A stretch of DNA of 55,689 bases, the filler included, from Catajapyx aquilonaris (lineage: Eukaryota), in NCBI GenBank assembly GCA_000934665.2. It is 3 parts of 3 records of this genome, joined end to end, with 100 filler letters (N's around TTAATTAATTAA, not from the genome) between each part and the next. Parts side by side here need not be neighbours in the genome. Positions count along the whole stretch, not along the records: positions 18,693 to 37,143 come from JYFJ02006693.1; positions 37,244 to 55,689 come from JYFJ02006694.1; 1 more part is not named here. One strand, 5' to 3'. The position numbers and the translations under genes are program-made. The notes below the pieces were generated by a model. The model did not search any database. It saw only the letters and a list, made by a program, of their open reading frames with translations, and had not been told where the DNA came from. Position 1 is the first letter of the stretch, and every line of letters begins with the position of its first letter. This document shows, one piece after another, positions 34,941-47,313 of the stretch.

Positions 34941-35382
34941 ATTTATGACAAATAATAATTAGTGTGTCATATGTTGCCCTTGATGTAAACAGAACTGAGT
35001 CAAGGACGCTGCAATTACATGCGAGTAAACTGGTCGAGACATGTGAACTGTAAAATTGCGCAACCTTTCCGGTATGTCATAAAGTTTTATTATCGCAAAA
35101 AATGACCACGTGCATACATACCATGGTTGTGTATTACATTGCTGATATTGATATGCATAAACTGCATCAGAAAAGTAATTGAGAAAATTGCAAAGCAAAT
35201 TATTTAACTTGTATTTTTTGTAATACCAGACTGTACGTGATTTTTAAAATAAAAATTGCACATAAGTTACATTGATCATGCATTTGAATATAATAGAACA
35301 TTGATCTTGTAATTAAATTACATCTGTCACTATTTTACTACATGCCAACCTACAGTATATTACACCGTGATCAATCATTTTT

Positions 35383-36885
35383 TTAGAGACCGGGACTAAT
35401 TTTTCTGCCAGTACAGAAAGCGTATGAACGACGTTCTCCCAGCATGACCATAAAGGCAAATACCATGGAGGTCGTCCAAAAATAAAACGTGGCCGACAGG
35501 TGCTCCATATGCAAGATGTCCTCCCTCTCTTCCAACTCCATCCCGTTGTTCTCCTCACCCGCGAAATCAAGGAAGGCCTTCAAGGTGATATCGTCTGCAA
35601 ACCACTTGCGACCAATACCAGAGACAACGATACCTTTGTAATACCCGACAATGGCCGGTGTCAACACGCATCCTTTGGACATGGCCAGTCGACCAGTCAT
35701 GATGTACTCTTGGGTGGGAGCCACATGAACCATCAGCTTCCCAGAGGATGTGACAAAGTGAGCAATCGCTTGATCCAACAGGAATGTATGGAGTATGCAG
35801 GCTTTTCCGGGCTTTCCAGCAACTTCCTCAATGCAGTTTCTGGCCATCGGGACAGTCGCAGCTTCCTTGAACAGCCGCTGGTGATGAGTGTTGACGATCT
35901 GAGCTGACGACTGTGCATGAAGTGTTAGCTAACTACATGGCAAAATGTCTAATGCTTTTCTTACCTGGTCAGTCACCAGCCTGTTAGCAAATGGCATGAT
36001 GCACTCGTATCCGGACAGATACAGCTCATCCAGGTTGGTCGGCAACTTCTCCAGATCCGGAATGGTCATGACCTCAACCACTTTGCTCTTGTATCCGCAA
36101 ACCAAGACAACTGCAAGGATCCAGAAGAATCCGATCAGAATCCGGACTCCGGGCAGGTCTGGTTGTGATTCGGGCTGCTCCAGGAGGATCCGGGTCAGAT
36201 GAGCCAGGCAGTAGCGCACCGTGTGTTGACCTGGCATCAGAAGTCGACGTAGGACCACTGCGCAGACCAGCATGGTGATGAATAGTCCCATCCAGGACTG
36301 CCAGGACAGAGGTGTTATCAGGAATGTCCACTGGAAGGATGTCCTAGGCAGGGCGGTCACGAAGGTCATGTGTGTCTGCCATCCGTTTGGTGGTATCTCC
36401 ACGTAGTACACAGCCTCGCCAGCAGGCACAAAGATAATACCAGCTGTACTCTTTCCCCTGCGAATCTCATCTATGTTTCCGATCCAAGTACCGTTCGGCA
36501 ACATGGTGTCCCATTGCTGCACCTCGTTGAAATCCCCTTCGTACACCGAAGCATACACGCCCAGGTAGTCGTCTAATGACACCAGGACGTTCTCACAGGC
36601 CGTGAGGTAAAACCGGCCCAGAATATCACGCTTTCTGCGCGCATCGCGGGAATTTGCTGCTTGGTAGTATGCGATTCTCATTTCGAAGCCGTTGGCGTGT
36701 TTGGTCATGTCCGGATAGAAGTCTTGTCTCGGATAGCCTGGCGCGTGTGCAGGCAGAGACAACAGTGTGGGCTTACCTTCGTCACAGAAGAAGCAGACTG
36801 TCTTGAGCGACAGCGTAGAATTCTCACTGTAATGATATGCGAAATATAAGAAACTTAGACCTAATACGTGTACAGTATACGACAT
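35383..36885 (-). CDS. Divergent ionotropic receptor, 5' end unresolved
   Basis: Exon ~36860-35965 (PNGTWIGNIDEIRRGK; FLITPLSWQSW; RILLEQP; VRILIGFFWILAVVLVCGYKSKV), donor CAG|GTAAG, 54-bp intron, then exon 35910-35383 in frame (VVSGIGRKW; LHMEHLSATFYFW..VMLGE). The N-terminal exon is not identifiable before the spacer. Confidence 0.82.
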
Positions 36886-37143
36886 ATAGTTTCATACACC
36901 CCGCAAACAAGCTTTATCCTGGCTATCCTAAGCAACCCACACGGCATGATAACAGGCGGCAACAGGGCTTGGGGGGTGTTGCCCGGCTACGGAACCAGGT
37001 GGGGGTCGCTGGGCTGACCTTGCGTACCCCGTAAGCGATAAAGCTTTTTATATACAGGGTGTTTATTGTAACTCTGCAAAGACTTTCAGGGGTAATAGAG
37101 GGGACCAAGACAAGTATTTTTGACATAGGAACCCGTGTCCGGA

Positions 37144-37243
37144 NNNNNNNNNNNNNNNNNNNNNNNNNNNNNNNNNNNNNNNNNNNNTTAATTAATTAAN
37201 NNNNNNNNNNNNNNNNNNNNNNNNNNNNNNNNNNNNNNNNNNN
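37144..37243. other. Artificial 100-bp contig spacer (44N-TTAATTAATTAA-44N)
   Basis: Identical to 18593-18692. Confidence 0.95.
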
Positions 37244-37824
37244 ACGCAACGCACCTCCCACCCCCGCCCGCCTCCCGAGACCGGGACCGTGCGGCCATGG
37301 GACGGTGCGGGCAAGGGACCGCGACAGTGACCGGTGATCATGGTGCTGTGGATTCCGAAATATCGCCAAATAAACAACCTCGGTAACCTGGCAGCGCCAG
37401 GATAGCCAACACATGAACACAGAAGCACATAAACAGTTGTGACAGTCTTTTTGCATGTCATAGATACAGTATAGATGGGCCAATTGAGGGACCGATATTT
37501 TGTATCTTTCACCCGAAGTAGCGCCTGACCTGTAGGTCACAGGGGTCAACATGTGGGGTTTTTTAGAACCAGCTAATCAAGCCCGTTCCATTGGCACCAC
37601 ATTTGGTGGACCTTATGAGGGAACGGTAGGCTGCCCGTGTTGACTTCAAACCCTCATAAGTCGAGAATGCGTGGCGGACTGCCGCTAATATTTGGCTCGA
37701 ATCTTAGTTATGATTAGACCTTTCAGAAAATATATTGCACTAAGGCATTCAGAATTTCCCAAAAAGAATGTTTACTCTTGAGTAAAGCTTGCTGTTGCAT
37801 CTTAGCTATGTGGCATTTTTGCAG

Positions 37825-40800
37825 GAGGAACCGTGAAGCAGATTTGAGAAGGGAGTTGCAAAACCATGAAGAGAAGACAAAGCTTCTGGAAGTTAAGCAA
37901 GAAAGGGCATGTCACACAATACGTGGGTTTGCAGAGAGGGTTGAAAGCCTGAATAAGGATATTGCACGACTGAAGGCAGAAGTTCAGCGCAAGGATAACA
38001 GGATTCGAGATCTGAATGGTCAGTTAAGTGAGGTGGAGGAACGAGCCAACAGGGCAGAGTGGGCCGCCTCATCTCAGGCCTCTGGACCAGATGATGTGCA
38101 CGAAATGGCTGAGGAGGAGAATGAGGTAGTGGGACGCAGACAAACTTTTGTTTTTCCTTCCCGTCCACTTGCTTCTGACTTCTTCAAATAGTGCTATGCT
38201 ATGTTGCTTTTGCATTTTCTTTGACTTTTAATTGTGATTTTTAAAATCTGCTTGTTACATGGCTTGTACACAGTCTTCTGCTGTCACTATTAATAAGATG
38301 TTTTACTTTTGTAGCAAGGTACATTTCTGTACTGTCACTTTGCTTATGGATTAAACTAATACAGCATGTACATGATCATATTGTTGTCTTTCCATGCATG
38401 TCGCTCTAATTGCATTAGTTTTGCTCATCGCTTTGCATAGCATCATGCAGCATGTGGCATTTGGTAAGTTCTGCATTCTCTTCCTTGTTGTTGTCTTACA
38501 TTGTTTTACTGTGAAAGTGATGTTTCCTTTTGTTTTCATGCACTAATTTGCATTATTTGACGCAGCGCTTGTGGGCAGAATTGGATCAGAAGGATAAGAA
38601 GGTTGCTGAACTTGCTGCAGAACATGACCAGCTTGTCCGTGAGACAGAAGAGAAGATACAGGTTAGCACATGTGATTTACTTAGTTTTGTGAATTTCTCT
38701 CTGGATACTAGAGCCTCAGCTATAATCAACCCTAACCCTAGGTTAAAGCCAACTCAAAAGGCTGGTCCTGGCATATGTATTCGGATGTGTATTCGGATAT
38801 AGAAAACCTCAGTTACAGGATACTGCTTTCTGCATTTTCTGAAGTCTCCTATATCTGGAGTAAACTGCAGCTAGGCATGAGTGTGGGAGTCTGAAGTGTT
38901 GCATTTTCCAGCATTTCATTCGACCTCCCTCACTCATGCCTATATTGTTGGAATCCTGAGTTCAAGTTTTGTGATGGGATATCCTGACTCAGGTGCTGCA
39001 TTCTTGAAAAGGCATAGCTGGTGTATGGGCTTGAATGACCTGTACGCTAGTTTTGATTGTATCATATGTTAAAGTTACTGTTGAGTGATCATCCCTTGCT
39101 TGGCTTTTGCAGTCAATGGCTGAAGTCCTCAAAAAGAAGGAGAATGCTTTGGAGGAATATGTGAAAAAGATGAGCGAACTGAGAGTCACCCATGAGGTCA
39201 CAGTAAATCACAGAGACAATCGTATTACTGACCTTGAATCTGAAGTGAGAAACCTTCAGAAGCTCCTCCGTGAATCTTGTGCAGCAGCCGCTGAAGCCGT
39301 GGCTGCCAGAGGAGATGGTGCTAAGAGCAGCCAGCAAGAAGAAGCAGAAGCCAAGAAGAACATGATTGACAAACTTAACAAAGAACTCCAAAAGCAGACT
39401 GCTGATTTACTGGTAAGTGATATGATTCCCTTAATGTAAATATAAGGCCGTGTAGGATCTGGTTGTGTGCCATCCTACCCCAGATGCACATTTCAAAGAA
39501 GTTAAATATTTATGTTATTTATGTATATTATATCATTGTTTAGAAGAGTGCAATTGTTAGTCTGGTATGGTAACTATAGCCTGATAAGTTTTCAGTCAGC
39601 ATGATCCTGTGAAATCAATATTTTATTTATAGAAAATGATTTTTTCAGGATGGTGGAAGCCAGCCTCAAGCTCGTGAATGGGAGCAGCTCTCTAATACTG
39701 TGATAGTGAAAGATGCCCAGATTCGAAACCTGAAGGCATCACTGGCCCAGAAGGACCAAGAGATTCATTCCCTGGAGGGCAAACTTCGTTTGCATGCACA
39801 ACTCCAGTTGAATGTCCAGAATAACTCCCCGCAGACTAGCTCTAGTTCTGTTACACCCACCTCAAGCATCTGCAGCTTTACGCAAAATGTGTCTCACATT
39901 CACCACGACCAACACAAGAAGGAGGAGGATATGCAGAGGCTCACTGAGGAACTCAGATCAATGGAAGATAATCTGCGAAGGTCTGCACGGGAGAGAAAGC
40001 AGCTTTCCTCACAGGTATGGCTTAACCTGCAATCTGGGTTGACTTATTCTTTTTAAAGAGGGATCAGGAAGAAGAAATTGATGGTTGTGGTGCTATTATG
40101 TTAATTGCGTGCTCCATCTTATTTTGTCACTTGCTTCAAGTCTGTTATGACCTTATGATTACATGCAACAGGCTATTTTGACTTGGGTGATCAAGTGGAA
40201 TATAATATTCATGCCAAAGTTACGAGTAAAATTCAATATATGTACATATTACATTTAGGAGTTAATTGTACAGGTTTTTTTTCTCTCAACTACACCAGAA
40301 ATGTGTTTAGGCCTACTGCATTTTCCCTTAGGATCAGAGTCACCATATAATCATATGAAGAGGTTTTCTAGTGTAAGTGCTACCTAATGATTACAGTTAG
40401 TTTTGGCTGGTGTGTAAAGAGGGACTCATGGAAGTCCATTGATTAAAGAATTCTCCTGACTTGGTTTACACGTGCACAATAGTGGTGTAACACATGCACA
40501 GAAGTTAATGCAGCTAATACTTGTTTTTACTCTTAAGGTCTGTGAACTCCGAGAGAGGTTAAGAGCAACCCCAGAAAGGGAAAATGCCCAGATGCATGTC
40601 CTGAGGGAGGAACTACATGCAGTTAAGAAGGAGCTGGAGTTAGAAAAGAAAAAGGTCAATGTCAGGGAGGAGGCAGTAGGGGAGGCCCAAGCCGCACTGG
40701 AGAAAGAGAAAGATGACGTGAAGCAAAGAGAAAGAGAGATTGAGAAGTTGCAGGAAGAGACCAAGTCCCTGAAGAAGAAAGTACAGAGAGCAGCCCACAA

Positions 40801-43800
40801 CACAGAGGAATACTTTGCAGAAACTATGAGGAAGCAGCAGGAGAGTCTGCGGAAGTATAAGCGTCAGGTGTGTGGAATAATTTTTGACAGGGAACACACA
40901 TAATTTGGAAGTGTAAGCTAGCTTGTAGAGTAAATGTACTCCTAAGAGTGAGACTGGGTCTTGTCTTCAGGTTGTGGCCCTGAAGAAGAAGTTGGCAGAT
41001 TCAACCACAGCATGTGACCTCCTCCGTGGCCGCCTGGAAGAGCTGGCAGACTTTTTAGAGGAGCTTCTTCGTCTAGATGAGCAAGGTTTACTGGACCTAA
41101 GTCACCTGTCAGCCCAGCGTCGCCAGGCACTGCAGGACACTGTGGAGCAGAGCAGGGAACTGTCACGTTCCCTTTCCCAGTCTCTCATTACCAACTTGGA
41201 GTCTGCCCTGGATGAAGACGACAATGCTCCCAATAGCCTTATTCTCACTTCCAGCACATCTGCTTCCACATACAGGCAAGTGCATCAACTGCATATTAAT
41301 GATTTTGAGGATGGCAGTAATGCTGTAATTTAAGTGAGAAAATGGACTGAATTTACTTTACCTGAAAGTATTATTGCCTTTTTTCATTGTAGCTTGGACA
41401 AATGTGCAGAAGGCAGTGAAACATTCAACTTTGCTGCAGAGGAGCAGGAAGGTGTGTCTAGAGCCGATGATGCTACTCTGGAGGATTACCCATCAATGGA
41501 CGTGACCTCTCTTGGTGATCAGGAGGAGTATCAAGCATATGCCTGTAGGCGCATGCATGAGATGCAGGAGGAGCTGGGAAGACAGGAGGCTCTATTGAAG
41601 GCCAAAGCTATACAGTTGGAGACCATGCAGGTGGCTGCTGAGGGAAGAGAGAGAGATATCCGAGATCAGGAGAAGAGAATCTGTAAGCTACAGCAGGAAG
41701 TGAAGACTCTACAGGTCAGGAACCATCTTGAAATATTTTCAGTACAGTCCAACCTCATTAACTCTTTCCCCGCCGTGTCCATCCTCCACGGACAAATCCG
41801 AACAAAAATTTGTATAATTTTTTGCAAAAGAATCTATAAATCATAAATGAATGCGGTTTTTGGCATATTCACAAGCAAAAAACACCGAATTCAACACAAA
41901 AATCACATGCTCAAGTGCTTTTTCGGATGACATCGTATTCCGGCGGCCATATTGGAATGAGTTAGTATATGTGCAATGATAGAGATTGTATGAATTCTAG
42001 CTCAATTCTGGGACTTTAGAAATGAGTTAGATCGGATTCTAAGCAAAATTTTGCATATAATCGTTCGTTGAACCCGTAAATTTCACCCATACGTTTTTTC
42101 TGACCCCCGAGTAGCTGCACATATGTAGTTGTAGCTGTTATGTTGCGCACGGTCTAGATTATGGGAGCTGCATAGTCGATCTGGCAGGAGCAGCGATTCA
42201 GTGCGGTTCGAATGATATACGTGGAATGGGGTTAACACATTGCTTTGGTGAGATATTGAATTTTTAAAATACGATTAAGTCAAGCTGTGGGGGAGTAGCG
42301 GCAATGCCGCGGCGGTTTAGGAGTTAATTCTGAATTAGGTGACTTGGAATAATTATTCTAACATTCCCCATCTCCGATGTGGGTTAGGTAACCCAGACAG
42401 AAACTTTGCAGTAAAGAGCTTTTACTGTGTATGATTCTTTTTCTCTACCATTTGCTGAAGGAGGGGGAAATGCACACTCTGCAAATTTATAATTGCTGTC
42501 ATTAGTAATTTGCAAATTTAGAATTAGCAGAGCAGGAAAATTTTCTGTAAATTTTTTCTGTATTAGGGCAGGTTGGCTTGTTGAAGAAAAGAAGGGTCAA
42601 AGTTGAATGATTAAGAATGGCTGCCAATGATCTGCTATTAACTTTATATGGGCTTTGAACTAACTTACATTTGCTTGACCTTGGGTGTTGTGTAATTGTT
42701 AGGAGGAGCTGAAGCGGAAAGATGCAAAGTTGGACCAAGTTGCTGCCCAAGAAGTGAATGTGCCTTTAGGAACTGGTTCATCAATTCCGCCCTCCGGAGT
42801 TGCACCCTCGATTCAGAGGGGCTCTGCCATGTCATTCCCTTCAACTGAGAGTGTCTTGACTGTAGTGGCCCGCAGCAGAAGAGGAGGAGGACCCACCACC
42901 AGAACCACCAGCTTACAGACTCTGTTGTCTGAGTGTGGCAGTCCTGTTCCAGAAGAGACAGCCAATGCTGCCCGTAATTCCCTTGGATCAGTCACCTTTT
43001 ATAACAGCCAAATAAGCCCGGTTAGTTTGGAATACATTTTGCCTCATGCCATGACTTACTGGCCTTATTCTTTCAGAGAAACCAGCCTAGCCAAAGCCAC
43101 CGTACATCCCACCCTGGAACAAAGAAGGGCTGGAGTCGCCCATGGACAAGCCTAGATGGAGCATCTGCCCCAGCTTCTTCCTTCTCTCATCAGCAGTGCC
43201 AAGATGGCTACCAGGAAGAGGAGGAGTATCTGGAGAGGAGGGCATCTCCAACTGAATCTGAAACTTGGAGTGAGCCAGATAGACTTGTCTCGATGGCCAG
43301 GATAGGTCTGCAGCATGATGCGCTTGCAGCAGCCGCTTCTGCAGATAAGGAAAAAGGACGAATGTCCAGTTCTGATTCAGAAGAGCATGATGAAAATGGG
43401 AGAGGGCTGAGTAAGTTGGGACGTGCTCCCATGTTGCACTTCCTCCAGAAAACATTTTACTGATGAAAAAGGGTCAGAAAAGTTTATTTATTTATTGTTG
43501 TCATAATGCTGTCAGATATGAACAAACCTTTCTCCTCTTTTCCAACTGGAAAATGTTTTCTGGGACCTGGAGGTAATGGAACCTAAGTATTGACTGTACT
43601 TGTACTTTGTTTTCCACACTTGCATTTACTTACAATTACAATTCCAAACAGTCTGCCCCCCTCATTTAAAAATTTGAATTATGCGTAACTTATTGCCAAC
43701 GGCAAAAAAACATTAGCATCTCTTAATTGCACGGTATTGATTGCAATGCTTCCAATTATTTAGTTGTGGGATGCTTCTTGGATTAATTATTATTTCCATT

Positions 43801-46387
43801 TGGCTTCAGCTCCAGTGAAACGTGTACGTGGTGATTCTGGGGAAGGTCGAAAGCGGCACATGCGGCAAAGGAGTGGAGGCGAGCAAGCCAGCAATAAATC
43901 CACATCATTACAAGAGGGAACTGTGATTCCACTTGAATCCACAACTACAGCTGTGCAGACCACCCCAACCAGCTGCATCCAATTACTACCAGCTACTGAG
44001 GCCAAGGCTGTCAATACATCATTTCCAGACTTGCTGGAAAGGATAGATCGTAGCACCAGCATGGAGGTGAGACAGCCTTGATATATACTTTCTACTGAGC
44101 ACATAGCTAGGGTTCAATTGAGGCTGGTGGGAATAAAAGAAGGAGCTGTAATAGTAAATCAATATGGCGCAAGCCCAATAAATTCCACCCAACAAAGTGA
44201 TAAAGCAGATGCATGGAAAGTAGGTATGAGAGATGGATGCACTGCACCAACTTAAGGAAGTGAAAACTGTGCATCACCAGCTATTATTATAATGCTCCTA
44301 ATAGTTAGAAGGTTTTAAGTTAGGTCAGCATCAGGGTCAATTTGTTTTACAGAGAGAAGTGAGGACCAAACCAGGGGGGATAATTTGGGTCCCACAAACC
44401 ATCTTGGAGGTCATCCAGAGGGATGATCTCTTTTGTCTTAAGGAGACCCTGGAGTCCATCCTGTCCAGGTTAACTAATGAGGTATGGGGCTCTTGTCCTC
44501 CCTGTTAATCTACCCTTGATTCTGTTGCATTTTACCCCTATACTGTGATGTGATCATTTGTGGTGTGAAATTTTATTTTATTTTATATTTTTATTTTAAA
44601 ATCCTGCATGTTTTCCTGTGGTTGAAAGTCTTTTTGTGTCAGTCTCCTCTGGGCATGTTTTTTGTCATTGATTTTTGGGATTATGATGTTGGTCAATGGT
44701 GATGTCATGTTATGGTTTTGTGATGTCTTATTTTATAATGCATTTGATAAGGTAACTCACATTCCTATGAACTGTTATAACAGCAATCGGACACATGTAA
44801 ATGCAGTGTATGAAGGATGAACCCATTTTTCAGACGTCCAGCCGAGAAGTGAGTGATCTGGTAAAACACCTGCAGGAGTCAGCAACGAAACTGGCTGAAG
44901 AGACAGTGAAGAGCAAACAGCTAGAATCCAGGCTGGAAGAGGCAGATCGCCTTTACTCGGAGACGTTGGTCAAGGTGGAAGAAGCATGCAGAGCAGCAGA
45001 GGCAGACAGGTGTCAGCTTGAGCAGAAGGCAGCTTCACTGCAGTTCCAATTGGAACAATGCCATTCTCAGCTGGAAGAAAGGGAGAAGAGAGTGAAAGAA
45101 CTGGAGCAAGCATTGGAGTCCCTGGAAGCTGAGAAAGGAAGGCTTGCCCGGGAGGTCAGTGAAGGAAGAAAGAAGGCGGGCCTGGAACTGGAAGAAGTGG
45201 AGGCCAGGCTGGATGCTGTAGCCCTCTGCCAATCACAAGCTGATACTCAGGTAAACCATTTGTAGGAAGGGGAATCTGATAAGTTTATATAAGCAAGAAG
45301 TATCTCTAGTAGGATGATGCTAAAGTTACAACTCGCTTGTAGCATTGTACTGGATTTATTTTCATAATATTCACATTAGCTTTCTTTTGTACAGTTAAAG
45401 GAGCTTGAAGAAGAGAACCAAAAGCTGAAGGAAAAGCTGAGTGAGGCAGAAAATGAAGCTGCGGAGCTAGGTGTACAGCACAAGCGTACTCTGGTTAAAA
45501 TGGAGCTGTATGAGGCTGGAATGCGAGGAATTCGGCGTGGGCAGGAGGAGCTGGCCTCACAGTTTCCAAACAGGAGGGAGCAGACCTGGAGTGATGGTAC
45601 AGAGTCTCTGGACAGTATCGGGTGGTCCAGTAGTGAGCCACCTAAGGTGGCCCGTTCCCTTCCTAATTCACCCCGTGATCCAAGTAAAGTGAAACCAACA
45701 CTCAGCCTGAGGAAGGAAGGTGGAGCACAGCAGGAGGCAAGAGCCCAGAGACCAACACTTTTACCCTTCACACTACTGACTCGGCAGAAGAGTGAGATGT
45801 CAGATTATATATCAGACCAAGCTGGTGAGGAAGTGGATGCTGGGGATTCCCGGGCTGATGGAGGCAGAGCAGGAGCAAGTGATGCAGTCACATCTCCGTC
45901 CGCAAGAAATGTGTTTTCATCCCCTGATCTGGGAATTGAATCAGACCCAGGGAGGTTCTCCAGTTGGGAAAACCACCACCAAATTAGTCCTACATCAGTC
46001 ACCTCAGTTGGTGTAGGAGGGCTCTGCCTACCTCAGTATTGCCAATGCCATGGTAAATTGTGATGTGCAGGTGAAAGTTTGTTCAGAAACTGATGTTTTA
46101 CTTATTTTTTCCCTGTAGGAGATGCTTTGGAATCACTTCAAAAGGAGATCAAAGAACGAGACCGCATAATCGAATCGAAGGATCGCAAGTTGCAAAGAGC
46201 AAAATCAGCCCTGCAGAGCACCCTTTCCACATTGCAGGAATCTAACCAGAGGAAGCAGAGAGTGGAGGCAGCTGTCTGTCGGCAGCTGCATAAGACTCAC
46301 GTTATCCTCAGACAAACCAGGGTCAATATGGCAGGCACTCAGGAGAGCCCAGACAGAACACCTTTGGCCTCACCTGTTAAATCATGA
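37825..46387 (+). CDS. cnn: Centrosomin / CDK5RAP2 family protein, 5'-partial, 14 exons, ~1466 aa visible
   Basis: Phase-consistent exons 37825-38125, 38566-38661, 39113-39412, 39649-40014, 40538-40867, 40971-41275, 41393-41714, 42703-43020, 43077-43410, 43810-44066, 44353-44481, 44834-45250, 45395-46052 and 46119-46387. Coiled coils plus Cnn motifs CDLLRGRLEELADFL, ESETWSEPDRLVSMARIGL, SPDLGIESD and a CM2-type tail SNQRKQRVEAAVCRQLHKTHVILRQTRVNM. Confidence 0.88.
41762..42323. mobile_element. piggyBac-like MITE in a cnn intron
   Basis: TTAA at 41758-41761 and 42324-42327. Imperfect TIR CTCTTTCCCCGCCG / CGGCGGTTTAGGAG. Confidence 0.55.
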
Positions 46388-46989
46388 GGGAATGTGATTC
46401 CTTGCATTGTGGGGAGGAGGGTGTGGAGAAGTGAGACTGGACTGTGCAACAAGGCTATTGTCACCATTGCTCAACAGTGTATAGAAGGGGATGTGATAAT
46501 TATTATCCACAGACTTGTCTTTTACCCATGCTCTCTTTGTCAACCCAAAGAAGCATTTTTATTTCACAGTCATTTGTACCAGATCACTGCTCGCCATTTA
46601 CATTCACATGTTCATTTTGTGTCACACTTGTTTTTAATGTCGGCCAAATTGACCAGGTGTACATATTTTGCTAACAAGAAAAGGGAACCATTTTTGTTGA
46701 AGTAGTTTTATTTGGTATTTTTATTGATTTAATGATCAATCCATACCACTATCCCCTCTTTAGTTTCAGGACGTATCAGCACATTTACTCACCATAGCGA
46801 TGCCAGGTAAAGATGTTCCATAGTGAATTAGTGAAAGGTTGTACAAATATTTAGCTGTCCAATTACTGGCATGATATGGGACTGCTGGGCTATCGTTTGG
46901 GTGGACACGGGTTGCGTCTGCATGCTCATAATACCAGTTTTACCACGCTTGAAATGGCCCCAGCCAGTTTTTGCAAGGCATGAGCGAAT

Positions 46990-47313
46990 TTGTACAATCA
47001 GGGCGCCATTAGGGTGAAAGTTAGCGCAGGCGCAGATGATCGTCCAGCCATCTGAACACACCCAGTAAACGTCACGTCATACAAATGGCCGACTGCTAGT
47101 GATGTGTCTGCTCCTCTCGTTTCCCCTCTGATTCCCGCCTGGCTGCATCGCACGGCCCCGCGCCAGACTCGTGAGACGCCCCTGCACCCGGAGACAGACA
47201 TTCCGCCGATCGACGCTGCCGCATGTTGCCCCGGGCATAGCTAGGGGCTTGCCTCATCCACCCTGGTTTTACATAACAGTAGAGGAGCCTGACTCTAGGC
47301 TGTTGCAGCAGAC
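46990..47313 (+). promoter_or_regulatory. GC/CpG-rich promoter and 5' UTR region of golgin-97
   Basis: Local CpG-rich stretch directly upstream of the ATG, with a CRE/ATF-like GTCACGTCA near 47071. Function is inferred from position only. Confidence 0.45.
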
